NCBI RefSeq assembly: GCF_001194135.2
Contig: NC_068987.1
Span: 30,343,214 to 30,382,438 of the forward strand
From: Octopus bimaculoides
Lineage: Eukaryota
Length of the DNA stretch: 39,225 bases
Direction: 5' to 3'
Below, one piece after another: positions 1 to 11,215 of the stretch; position 1 is the stretch's first letter, and the number at the start of each line of letters is the position of its first letter. A program made the translations under genes and the position numbers. Below the pieces are notes generated by a model, which did not search any database, had not been told where the DNA came from, and saw only the letters and a list, made by a program, of their open reading frames with translations.

Positions 1-574
1 TTTTTTTTTTTTTTTTTTTTTTTTACATTCTTTGTGATGATATTTCATAAAATTAATTAGAATACTGATTGGGTTAATTCATGTAATTCTGTTTTAAATT
101 TGATTAGACATATCAGAATAATAATTGTCTCTTAAATTTTGTTGCCAGTGCATGGAGCTTGCCAACATGAAATTTAACTTGCCTGGAAATTGTTTAAAAT
201 GTTCTTCAAATTCTTCCTCTTCAGTTCTCAATCGCTATCATTTTCTTTGTTCATATTCAAACATCAAGATCAAATCTTATAACGGTTTCTTCAACATGTC
301 TCCTTATATCTTTTCTACTGTTGAGAATTATTTTCATGATTAAGATGGTTTTTAAACCAAGCAAATTTTGACTAATTAAATAACATATCCTGTTCTTTGT
401 AGAACAAAGGGAGATTGGTTATTATTGATTGTTAAAAAAACTGTTCAGTCTTTGCTTAAACTGAAGTGCTTAAAGATAAATTAGTGAAATTTTCTCCATC
501 ATATTGTAATATTGCTGGATAATTAATGATATTGTTGTAACAACTACGACCAATGTGTGTGTGTGTGTATTTAT

Positions 575-712
575 GGGCACACGCATGACTGTGTGGTTAA
601 GAAGTTCATTTCCTCACTGTGGTTTGTGGTTCATTTCCAATGAGTGTCCTTATGGGCAAGTGTATTTTTCTATAGCTTTGAGCTGACCAAAGCCTTGTGA
701 GCAGATCCAGTG
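575..712 (+). mobile_element. SINE family A head, degenerate
   Basis: Matches the 38905 head (CTGTGTGGTTAAG, GGGCAAGTGT, ACCAAAGCCTTGTGAG). Confidence 0.78.
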
Positions 713-753
713 ATAATGATGGTGTGTGTGTGTGTGTGTGTGTGTGTACACTC

Positions 754-897
754 ACACACAGCCCTGTGGTTAAAAAGTTTGTTTCACGACCACATGGTCT
801 CAAATTCAGTCTCACTATACAATACCTAGGGCAAGTGTATTCTACTATTACCGTCAACCAATCAAAGCCTTGTGAATGGAAACTGCAAGAAACCTGT
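754..897 (+). mobile_element. SINE family A head, second adjacent copy
   Basis: CTGTGGTTAA...GGGCAAGTGT...CAAAGCCTTGTGAATGGAAACTG. Confidence 0.72.
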
Positions 898-2044
898 GTG
901 AGTAAGGGAGTGGGTGTGTTTATGTTTGTGCTGATTCTCTATTGTTCACTTTTATGGTGTGAATTTTGAGCCGAGAAATCTTTTATTCCTTCATATCAGA
1001 ATGTTAGTCTATGATAGTAATGTTCCCTGGTACCTATTCTATTCAATTGGATGTAGCTGATTCTGACTCCAGCAATACACCAAAACACTTTTGACTCCTC
1101 ATACATTGTCTATTACTCTATTATCCATTCAGCTATTTCACACTCTACAATAATTTCTGATACCTTTTTAAAAGGAATGAATATTTCCCCAATTTCATTT
1201 CATTCCAATGATTCATGCTGTTACTACTCAGTTTTGTTGTAGTCAGTTGATTCTGAATAAATATAAACTAATCTGAATATCATATACTGAGTACTCTTTC
1301 ATTTGTAAACAGTGTGTTATGAAATAGTTGCCTTAATGCGGCTCAGCAAATTTGGCGAAGCAGCTTATAGTGTTCCATTATAAATGTTCAAAGCTTTTGC
1401 GCTGTTGTCTTATTCATTGCCATCATTGTTAATTGCTGTCTAGTGATAGTTTTGCTTCCTTTCAATGACAATCTAGTAATTTTTGTCTTTTTTTTTTTTT
1501 TATGTACTTGACATTTTTTTTTTTTTATTTCATTTGATAGTTATGATAATGAATTTGATAAACAATCAAACCATTATATATCATTTGAAGTAGATTTAGG
1601 TTGTAATTAAGTATAAAGAGCTTATTTACCTCCAAGTTTTTTTTTTAATATTGAGATAACACATTTAGAATAGTAAATCCATTTAAAATATGTTTCTCAG
1701 TAACCAGATTCTAACTTTTGTCTATGGATTTCTTGTTTAAAGACTTTTGATTTCATAATAACCTAAATATGAAAATATACTCACATACCAAAACAGACTT
1801 TTGTAAGATTTGTGTAATGTTTAATTTTGGACCCACTAATGAATAATTTTAACCCTTTTGACTTTAAAACATTTCAGTAACCAGCTAAACCATTTTGATA
1901 AACTAAAAATTAATAAGCATTTGAGAAAATTTTCTATTTTGCATTTAATTGATGAGTAATTGATTCTTTTATCAAACTGGTTACTCTATGATATTGAATT
2001 TCATGTGTTGAAACCATACTGAAGTTGTTGTTTGACCTCCTCAG

Positions 2045-2082
2045 AACAGCTCTGGTCAAACACATGCAACTATGTGAGAATG
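2045..2082 (+). CDS. possible small upstream KIF21 exon (unresolved)
   Basis: CCTCCTCAG acceptor and G|GTAAAT donor flank 38 nt. One frame (TALVKHMQLCEN) loosely recalls KIF21A LMKLCGE but ends in phase 1. The phase-0-ending frame (QLWSNTCNYVRM) has no resemblance I recognise. Confidence 0.2.
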
Positions 2083-2114
2083 GTAAATTGGATTTAAAAA
2101 GAAATTTTTTCTAA

Positions 2115-3399
2115 TAACAAGTAGTGTTCATTAAAGATTTCCTTTTATCCACTTCCAGTTATTGCAAGAAATGGAACTTGTATAGGTATAATCATACAAG
2201 CCTCAACATATCACATTGTAAATTGTAGCTTCCCTCTAGTATTCATTTGTCTTTTATGGCTGCTGAAGTGGACTAAGGTGTTATAATGGAGGCAGTCAAA
2301 TGCAGATAAGTGATCAGGTTCTTATACTTGAAAGGTCATACACCAAAAGAGACTTTCAATAAGATGAAAGAAGTTTATGGTGATGATGCACCATCATACA
2401 GCATAGTCAAGCACTGGTATCACCAGTTCAAATGTGGTTGGACATCGATGGAAACTGCTTCTATTCCTGAACGCCCACATTCCACCATTAATGACATAAA
2501 GTGGAAGTCACCATTTTGGATGATCGCCACATGACTATTCAGCAACTAACCCAAGAAGTGAAGATAAGTGTAGGGTCCATGGAAAAAAATCATTCACAAC
2601 CATTTGCACATGCAGAGGCTGTTGGCACATTGCCAATAGAGCCTGGGAACAGTTGACTCATTCCTGCTTCTGAAAAGGTGTGAGCATCCAGGGAATCCAT
2701 CATGCAAAAAAAAAAAAGAATGGACTTTTTCGGCAGACTTATCACACAGGATGAAACATGGGTTCATCACTATGATCCTGAGACTAAAGTCCAGTCGAAG
2801 CAATGGAAGCATAACTCACCACCTCCAAAGAAGGCTCATGTCCAACCCTCAGCAGGCAAGGTGATGTTCAGTCTTTTGGGACCAGCACGGAGTAGTGATG
2901 ATGAATTTTCTGGCAAAGGGCACCACAATTAATGGGGCATATTATGCTTCTCCGCTGCAGAAATTGCAGGATGCCATCAAAACAAAGAGGCATGGCATAC
3001 TGACCAAAGGAGTCTGCCTCCTCCAAGACAACACCCCAGTTCACTGTGTGCATGTTGCCCAGATGAAAGCACACTCCAGTGGCTATGGGCTCCTTCCTCA
3101 TTCCCCTTACTCTCCTGACCTTGCACCATCTAACTTCCACCCCTTTCCAACTATGAAATCTTTTTTGAAAGGAAAGCACATTTCAGATGATGAACTTATT
3201 TCCAAGGTAAAGTCTTGGCTCCAGATACAGCCTATTGACTTCTTCAGACAAGGTCTTCACAGCTGCATAAAACAATGGGAGAAGTGCGTCACCATTGGTG
3301 GTGGCTATGTAAGAAGGACTAATAATTATGCCAAGTTTTGTTTATCCCCTAGTCCTTGGGAAGTAGGTCATGGGAAATCTTTAATGAACACTCATTGTA
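2115..3399 (+). mobile_element. full-length but inactivated mariner (DD34D) DNA transposon
   Basis: Perfect 20-bp TIR core AGTGTTCATTAAAGATTTCC at 2123-2142 and its reverse complement at 3373-3392, TA at both ends, about 1.29 kb. Transposase from ATG 2286 has stops and frameshifts, with motifs ITQDETWVHHYDPE, LQDN and HSPYSPDLAPSNF (third D mutated to N, spacing 34). Confidence 0.93.
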
Positions 3400-3725
3400 T
3401 CATCCAGTTAAATTTGATATTAAGTAAATGAATATTTGACATTCTCTAAATGTCTGTCAAACTTTGCATTCATCTACTTCCTCCCCACTTTTTTTCATAT
3501 GAAATCTAAGTAATTTTTTTATGAATTAAAATTATTTTAATTTATTTTCTTTGTGTGTATGTATATATATATATATATATATATAAAAACTTGTTTTTGA
3601 TTTTTCTGTTTTATAATTTTTTTTGTTTAGTCTTAAATTTTTTTTTGTTTTTGTTTTTTTGTTTTCTGATAGAATAAATAAAACAATATTTGATGTTGTT
3701 GCAGCATTTGTAGATTTTACATATA

Positions 3726-4138
3726 TTTAAGAAATTGGTAAAAAGTAATTTTTGAAGCTAAATATTCATTCTTGTCTTTCTTATAGTTTAGATATTATTG
3801 CAAATAGAATTAGTTTGATATATAGTTTGATTGTTAATTAACCTGGTAATTCAGATTTTAAAGTTTTTTTAAAAAATTGACATCATTTATAGCTTTCAGT
3901 TGTAATTTTACTTTTAAAAATATCACATGTTTCACTTCAATTCAATTTAAGAAATTCGTAAGAATAATTTATGAAGCTAAATATACTGTTTTTCTTATAG
4001 TTTAGATATTATTGGAAATAGAATCAATTTGATTGATAGTTTGATTATTAACCTGGTAATTCTGATTTTTAAGTTTTTAAATTGTAATTTTACCTTTTAA
4101 AAATGTTGCATATTTCACTTAAATTCAATTTAAGAATT
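3726..4138 (+). repeat. local tandem duplication, ~220 and ~185 bp units
   Basis: TTTAAGAAATT...GAAGCTAAATAT...TTTCTTATAGTTTAGATATTATTG...AACCTGGTAATTC...TTCAATTTAAGAA occurs twice. Confidence 0.85.
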
Positions 4139-4172
4139 AAGATTTAAATTTCAAAGTGGTTAATATTAATAG

Positions 4173-4348
4173 GCTCGAAGACGTACTGCTACACCCAAAG
4201 AATTGCTGTATTCAGTTGAATCCTCATGTTTGGATTCTACCTTGACACCACTTCAAGAAACATCTCAAGAAGAGACTTCACCTGACAAAAGTCCCAACTC
4301 AAGTCCCAAATCTTTAGTAAAGAGTGTCGATACATTAGAAAAGATTGG
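4173..4348 (+). CDS. KIF21: KIF21-like kinesin, internal exon (linker after coiled coil)
   Basis: AG acceptor at 4171-72, GTAAG donor at 4349. Translates ARRRTATPKELLYSVESS...LEKIG, resembling vertebrate KIF21A KARRRTTTQMELLY (from memory). Phase 0 to 2. Confidence 0.88.
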
Positions 4349-4568
4349 GTAAGGATATAGTCTGTTGATACTTCATTCTGTTAGAAAATTTTGATTATAC
4401 TTTTCCCTAATGATTGCATTTATATTAATTACTAAGTGTTAAAATATCACTGTTGTTAGGCTATCATGTTGATATTACTGTAGTAGTAGTATTGTTTAGG
4501 TATTGTGTCATTTGAGTTTTTTTTTCTCTACGCTATATCATCTTATAATGTAAAATAGTTGACCATAT

Positions 4569-4672
4569 AGGCACAAGTGTGGATGTATGGTAAGAAGCTT
4601 GCTTCCTGACCACAGGTTCAGTGTCTTTTCCTATAGCCTCAGGTCAACCAAAGACTTATGAGTGGATTTGGT
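4569..4672 (+). mobile_element. SINE family A head with internal deletion
   Basis: AGGCACAAGTGTGG...GGTTCAG|TGTCTT...ACCAAAGACTTATGAGTGGATTTGGT. Confidence 0.75.
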
Positions 4673-4675
4673 CCA

Positions 4676-5470
4676 CTGTAGTCTGGGCTTCTGCTGCTAG
4701 AAGTCACTTTATGCAACTCCCAGGTATCAGTCTGGCGACTGGAGGCAACAGGTGAGGTTGTAATGTCACATGGTGCATCATTATTTTGCAGTGCTTCTCT
4801 CTTCAATTTTTGTGTACTTCCGAGAAATTCTGTTTTCTACTGGGGAAAACAGTGGCCAAAACAGTTGTCGTGCTTCAGACAGCTTACAAGGACACTGCCT
4901 TGAGAAAAACACAAAGTTTATGAGTGGTTTTCACGCTTTAGGAATGGTCACTTGTTGTTTGAAGACCAACCTCATTCAGAGCGACCATTGATCTCCCGAA
5001 CAAATGAAAACATCAGGAAAATTCATGAACTGATCTTGGAGGACCGTCACTGAACAATTGAAGTTGTTGATATGATTGGTGCATCCTGGAGCTCCTGCCA
5101 ATGAATTTTGAGTGAGGAATTGCAAATGAAAAGAGTTGCGGCAAAGTTTGTGCCTCACTTGTTCATGGAACATCAAAAGCAGTCATGACTGAATGCATGT
5201 TGTGAACTGAAAGAACAGTAATAAGTTGATCCAGACTTTTTTTCTAAGGTCATCACTGGGGATGAAAGCAGGTGCTACAGAATTTGCAGATGTGGAAGAG
5301 GTAAAGAAAAAAACAACAGAGTTGTTAAAAGGCATCACTTCACAAGAGTTCCAGCATCATTTCAAATAATGGGAAACGCGTCAAATGGAAAATACTTTGA
5401 AAGCGATAAAAGTGTAAACATGTAAAACTAAGTGAATAAAATAACATTTCTTTTGGGTACCCCTCTAATA
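4676..5470 (+). mobile_element. internally deleted mariner relic (different subfamily)
   Basis: HTH remnant (VYEWFSRF), MKRVAAKFVPHL, VITGDES, then a jump to the C-terminal FADVEEVKKK at about 5281. Right end TTTTGGGTACCCCTCTAATA; left TIR not found. Confidence 0.85.
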
Positions 5471-5477
5471 TATGTGT

Positions 5478-5640
5478 GTGTGTCTGTGTTTGGCATCTGG
5501 TGGTTCAGCAAAGAGGCCACTAGAATAAAGTACTGGGCAAAAAAATAAGTACTAGAGTCATTTCATTCAACCAAAAATAAAAAATTCAAGGTGGTTCTTC
5601 AGCATAGCCACAGTCTAATGACTGAAACAAGTAAAAGAGG
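5478..5640 (+). mobile_element. SINE family A tail (type 1)
   Basis: GGTTCAGCAAAGAGGCC...AGAATAAAGTACT...CAGCATAGCCACAGTC...ACTGAAACAAGTAAAAG. Confidence 0.7.
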
Positions 5641-6140
5641 TAATATAACTTACTATAATTATAGACTTAAATCCTTCAGCATCCTGCTACTCTTTCTGGC
5701 TACCTATTTTTGACTTTTCATACAGAGCCTGCATTTTACATCCAGTACATTCTACCTTATTTATTTTCTTCCCGACCTCCACATACTTCTCACATTCATT
5801 ATTCACGTCTCACTACTATGCAACATCACACTCTATACAAGTGTTTCCTTAACACAGTCTACCTTTTGTTGTGGAAGAGAAGTACTTCTCTGAATTATTT
5901 CTAAGAATTCCTTGTATAACTCTTAATTCTAATTGCTAACATCTGAAACATTAATTTGGTTAACTGTATTAATGTTCTTATTTTAAAATGATGAAATTAA
6001 TAAAGATCTGACTTTTTGTATGATTTGACAAAGCTTTTCCTGTTACACATCAACCTGATATAGACAGTTTAAATAAATATTACTCTTCATGAAGTCTCTG
6101 TTTTGCCATTTTCAGTGCTAAATGGTTTCTATATACATAT

Positions 6141-6570
6141 GCACAGATGTGGCTGTGGTAAGAAGTTTGCTTCCCAACCACGTGATTCTGGGTTCAGTCC
6201 CATTGTGTGGAACCTTGGGCGAATGTCTTCTGCTATAGCCCTCAGCTGACCAAAGCCTTGTGAGTGGATTTGATGGGTGAAAACTGAAAAAAGCCCATCG
6301 TGTGTGTGTGTGTGTGTGTGTGTATGATGCTTTGTGACTCCTTGTCTTGGCATTGCATGAAAGTTGTGAATGAGTATCACTGTCATACATGTAGTGCCAT
6401 TTATTTTCAATATTCAGCATGAAAATGTCTAACCACGGGGGAAATATTCCTTTGCTTGGAATCAGGTAAGGGTTGGTGACAGGCAGGGCATCCATCTGTA
6501 GAAAATCTGCCTCAAATAAGACTCATTTGACTCCTGCAAGCATGGAAAAGTGGATGTTAGATGATGAGGA
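6141..6570 (+). mobile_element. SINE family A head with RTE-type tail
   Basis: Family A head, (GT)n, a different body, then GGGCATCCATCTGTAGAAA...GCAAGCATGGAAAAGTGGATGTTAGATGATGA. Confidence 0.82.
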
Positions 6571-6699
6571 TTTCTTAATTAAATTGTACATTTTATTAAA
6601 TTTCTCTTGTAAGAAATAAATTCCAATTTGAACATTATTTTCCCCCACTGTCTAGACAATAGTACTGATGAAAACTTTTCTTTTTCCAAAACTTTCTAG

Positions 6700-6789
6700 G
6701 TTGTCAAATGAGACGGAACTTCAACTTTCTCCGCTTCCACTTCGCAGAGTTAATAGTGCTTCTGAAGCAACTAGACCCAACAAATACAG
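6700..6789 (+). CDS. KIF21: KIF21-like exon, 90 nt, phase 2-2, GC donor
   Basis: Polypyrimidine tract plus TAG acceptor at 6697-99. Reads (G)LSNETELQLSPLPLRRVNSASEATRPNKY(S). Frame joins the flanking exons only if the donor is AG|GCTAGT at 6790. Confidence 0.72.
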
Positions 6790-7269
6790 GCTAGTAACAT
6801 TTTTACTGTTTAGTATTTTAGTAAAAGAATTTTTCCAAAATATCTTAAATACTGTTAAAAAAAAAAAAGAAATTTCAATTTTGTGTTATGGAACAAAACG
6901 TAATTTTAGAAAATATTCATCTCTCTAGTTTTAGATTCAGTTAACACAGTTTTGTGATACACTGTTTATAATAGAGCTGTATGACTTACTTTATACACTG
7001 TGGTGTACTAATATGTTTTAAACAATCATGAGTGTGTAAGACTAACTTTATATACACAAGTGTATTTAAAGGCAACTTGAGATGATTAGTTGTCTCTGAA
7101 GCAACTAATTTAGTACTTCTGACTGACTCCATGTAGGGTAAACTATTCTCAGAAAAAAATGATGTAACACTAACAGCAGGCATGAACTCCAGACCTTTTC
7201 TACAAGTAGTTTGATATTTTATTATATAATGATAAACTTATTGTTATTAGTGCTCAGGTGCACCACAAC

Positions 7270-9230
7270 TCATCAAAAAAAGTAATCAAAACTGCATGAA
7301 TAGTACATAAAATATGCACAAGAAGTGAACAGTGAATAAGTCATTATAAAAAAAAGAAACATAAATGGTTGGGCATCAGTTGTACTGTTGGTGAATTTCA
7401 GGAAGCATGGAAGTTTTAAAGGATGTAGTGTCTTAACAACTAACAACTGATGGAGATAGTTTATTCCATGCTTTGTCAATTCCGAGCAAGAAAAAACTGT
7501 TTCCAAAAGTCAGGGGTTCAGTGTTGTTTGATTTTGTAAGAATGTCCAAAAGTGTTTGACGTATGGAATTCAAAAAAAGGTTCCAAAGTTGTTGGAAAGA
7601 TAGTAGATAATCTTGTGGTTACCTACCAAGTTGGTTGCCAGATGTCAGAGCTTTGTGTTCATACTCAGGGAAGCAAGACATTCAGAGTATGGTAGACACC
7701 TGATGGCGGGTATTCATCTGGTTGCACTGTTTCTGAACAAGAGATTGATATTCTGAGCAAGATAAGGGTTCTAAACTGGTGATGCAAACTCTGTGTGGGT
7801 GTACCATAGTTATATACAGCTTTAAATAGATAGCTGGAGAGTGGCTGACAAAGATCTTACTGAGACACCCTCAGCCTTCTTGACAATCTTGGAGATGTAA
7901 TTTGTCCAATACCGATCACTGTTGACAATAAAACCCAGGTCATGTTCACTAACAGACTTCTTAAGGTTGGTGTTGAAGGATTATGTTAAAGCTGGCTTTT
8001 TTTTTTTTCTTCGAAAATGCTTGGTGACACTCTTGTCCGCAGCCAGCTTGAGTTGACAGTCAATAATACATTACTGTATTGTCTCCAAGTCTGATTGCAG
8101 GAAAGATCTATAACTTATAGGATCTGTCCTCTGCATATTTCAATGCTATAACATTCTTCAAGTTCACATCTAAGTCATTAATATATGCAACAGACAACAG
8201 GAGTCTAAGAATAGATACCTGTGGTACATCAGATGTCATCTCATAGGGTGAAGAATGATGTCCTAGAACTGTGACTACCTCTTTTCAACCAAGAATGAAG
8301 GGCTTAACCAATTATATAGATTGTCTTTCACACCCATTGCAGAGAATTGTGCCAAGAGTTGTTAGTGTGGCACAGAATTGAAAGCTGTAGCAACGTCAAG
8401 GTAGATAACATCTACTCGTGAACTGCCATCTGTCATCAAGAAACTTGATGAGTTGACTACAGCAGCTGGAATTGGGGTTAATTCCAAATTGTGAGAATCA
8501 AATAAGGCTGTAAGAGTTCCAGAAGTTCCAATGTGTTTCTCGGACATGGGACTCCATCAGTTTAGCGATGCAGCTAGTAAGACTGACTGGATGGTAGTTG
8601 ACTGGTGATGTGTGATCACTCTTTTTGAACAGGGGAATGACACAGGCAATTTTCCACTGCTCTGGAATGTCAGTTATTAAGGCAGAATTGAAAGAAAAAT
8701 GAAAGCTGGTGCAAAAGAAAGACTCTGTCACATTTGAGAAGCAGATAAGTAATACCATCAAAACCAGGAAAGGCATAGTTGTGCTTATTCTTGAGGTGGC
8801 ATTGCAGTGTTGCAAGCATCTATTTCACAGATGCTATAGAATTTGATGTCTGAGGTGGTGAAGATGGTACATTAGAATTTTCAACAGTAAAAATGCTAGC
8901 ATAGCATTCAGCAATAAATTCTGCACGTTCTTTAGGATCATCAGTAACCCAGCCTGTGTAGAGATTGCAAAGAGAGTCAATAGGAAAGTGAGGCCTCTAC
9001 TTTGAATGTACATATTTCCAGAACACTTTGCCATCAGGGTTAGTCACTGTACATTGTTCAAATTCAAGCATTGCCTTTTTTTCCACTTGCTAGAGATGGT
9101 TAGATGATCTATTGCACCTTCTATTTTCCTCTGTTCTATCCACTTGACCATACTGCATCTACTTGAGGTGTGGCCACATTTTCTTTGCTTGGGCCTCTCA
9201 GGATCACACAAAATGCAAGGAATTTTAAAT
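7270..9230 (-). mobile_element. degenerate CR1/L2-clade non-LTR retrotransposon (RT region)
   Basis: Minus-strand motifs IPEQWKIACVIPLFKK...NYHPVSLTSCIAKLMES, DVIYLDVATAFNSVPH, GVPQVSIL and KYAED (YADD). Many stops and frameshifts; ends approximate. Confidence 0.88.
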
Positions 9231-9509
9231 GTTTCATTTTCTAGCCAACTTCTGGAAAATTTGTTATATTTAGTACTTAGATATATATAATGATTACATA
9301 AAAATGAGACTTTGGGTTTATGTAAGGGCTGATATTTATATTGTCTTTCTGAAAAATATTTGTAGTATAAATTGAACTATTGCAACTGAAAGTGGAAACT
9401 GACTAGAAGCTGAATTTTCCATTAGCATTAAAAATGAATTAAGCCATAATCTTGAAAAAAAAAATATTCATTAGTATCCTCATCAAATCATTTTTCTTCA
9501 ATTGTATAG

Positions 9510-9617
9510 TGAACCTGTCAGTCCCCTTAGATCGCCTCAAGCTCCTCGGAAAAGATCTAATGATGTCTTTAAACGGTTAACTTCCAAAAGTATGATCTCA
9601 TCACCTGAGTCAAACAG
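9510..9617 (+). CDS. KIF21: KIF21-like exon, 108 nt, phase 2-2
   Basis: TAG acceptor and AG|GTAAGT donor. Reads (S)EPVSPLRSPQAPRKRSNDVFKRLTSKSMISSPESN(R), similar to KIF21A SLSPPSSPP...NVFNRLT. Confidence 0.88.
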
Positions 9618-9985
9618 GTAAGTGATTGAACTGTAATAATATGCTTTAATTTTCAACTCCATTGCTTTAACTAAATATTAAGACATTTATCTAACCGAAA
9701 TGGTAAAGTGATAAATGGTATACATTTAAAATTTATGCTTTGTGCAACATTCTCAAATCAAATGTCATGAGTATTATCCTTCAGGTAGTTTCACAAAATG
9801 ACTACCAGTTTTATACAGTGTATAATTCTTTTGACCCCACTCCATAAAATATTGCTTTGGGCAGTCAAAAGTAAAATAATTATTTTCAATTAACTGAAAT
9901 ATATATAATCACATTGTCTATTCATAATTTGTCAGTTGTTTATTTTTCTAGTTTTAAAAAGTGTATTTTTCTTTCCAAAACTCAG

Positions 9986-10125
9986 GGGTACTATCACACA
10001 GTTGAGCCGGATTAATTCTGGAGGTAGATCTTCACCAGTGTTTTGTTCCCATATTGTAGAAGGTCATGCCAAACCAGTTCTGTCTGTATGTGCTACAGAA
10101 GATTTATTATTCACAAGCAGTAAAG
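9986..10125 (+). CDS. KIF21: KIF21-like exon, start of WD40 domain
   Basis: CAG acceptor and G|GTATAA donor. Reads (R)[46 protein letters not shown](D), similar to KIF21A [23 protein letters not shown]. Confidence 0.93.
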
Positions 10126-10493
10126 GTATAAAAAAGTGTTCCTTATTTTTCTCATTTTTAATCTCTAGTTTGTCTTGTCACATGATTGTAACAATTTCAG
10201 TCAAAATATTTTTCAGTTCCTTTTATCTTAGTTCCAATTGAAGACTTACTTTCCACTAATTACTTTCAATATCCCATACAAAATATTTATCACCTTTTTT
10301 TTTTTATAAGATTTATGATGGAATCATTTTATAAAGGAATATCTATATTGTTAGTAAATATCATTTCATATTCAATTACTTAAGATGTATTTTAAATAGG
10401 TTTGTTGTCCAATGCAGTCATTAGATCATGTCTTTTTATTAGTCAATTGTAAGTTATTTTATGTATGAAAAATACTAATGTACCATGAACAGC

Positions 10494-10670
10494 TTGAAGA
10501 TTGGTAGAATTGGTAGAGCAATGTACACTATACCTTTGTGAGTTTAAACCTTGTGAAGGTCAACTTTGCCTTTCGTCCTTCTGATGTCTTTGAAATAATT
10601 AACAGTCAAGTACTATGATTGACTATTTCTTCCTCTAAAAATATGTGGGCCCCCTCCCTCAGAAATCAAT
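10494..10670 (+). mobile_element. SINE family B, degenerate
   Basis: TTGGTAGAATTGGTAGAG...GAGTTTAAACC...AGGTCAACTTTGCCTTTCGTCC. Confidence 0.65.
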
Positions 10671-10978
10671 GCTGCTTACATTGTGAAATGCATTAATAAA
10701 CAATAAACCCCTTGAATTAAAAGTTTAAGTATTTTGAAAATATTTATTACGAAAATATTTATGAAGTTAGCCATTTTCTGAGAATGTTAAGTAGATTATA
10801 TAGATCTTTTCAAATTGATAAAATAACCAAGTTTTAGATTGTTCAAGGGATATGCAAAATTTTGTGGTACATTAAAGTTGCTAAAATAAAGACGTGAAAT
10901 GTGAAAACAATATGTTTTTGTAAGTCGTGTAAAAACTCTTATGGGTATTGTGAAATTTATGATGTATTAAATGCACAG

Positions 10979-11215
10979 TTCTATATTTAAGAGATGAGGA
11001 ATTATTTACATTATTTACATTTGACGGATATTCGTCCTCATCTTGTTTGTTGTTAACATATTAATAATAATAGTAACATCGATAGGAATGAGAGCCCAGG
11101 TTCGAAATTTCCCGAAGACACCTGACGAAGGCTGGAGGGTATATCAGCCGAAACGTTGTGTTAACAACAAACAAGATGAGGACGAATATCCGTCAAATGT
11201 AAATAATGTAAATAA
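10979..11215. mobile_element. short PLE pLTR fragment with inverted tail
   Basis: Same family as 14239-15136. Perfect 57-bp inverted repeat at 11002-11058 and 11159-11215 around a plus-sense pLTR core. Confidence 0.85.
11117..11162 (+). ncRNA. minimal type I hammerhead ribozyme (PLE-associated)
   Basis: Stem I GACAC/GUGUU, core CUGACGA, extra A, stem II GGCUG/CAGCC, GAAA, loopless palindromic stem III (ACGU), H17=U at 11157. Confidence 0.72.

Noticed and set aside
125-343. 72-aa ORF and a purine-rich minus strand
   Set aside because: No similarity to KIF21 and no splice signals; minus frames are interrupted by stops. Probably old TE debris.
606-969. ORFs with HTHTHT or CVCVCV runs (also 6118-6495, 17909-18195, 18788-19120, 28762-29113)
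   Set aside because: Translations of SINEs and dinucleotide microsatellites.
2895-3431. 178-aa ORF as an active transposase
   Set aside because: Only the C-terminal part of a frameshifted mariner, with the third catalytic D mutated to N.
7096-7108. 13-mer TCTGAAGCAACTA identical to part of exon 6700-6789, suggesting a duplicated exon
   Set aside because: The surrounding frame is closed by stops with no matching splice sites; similarity does not extend.
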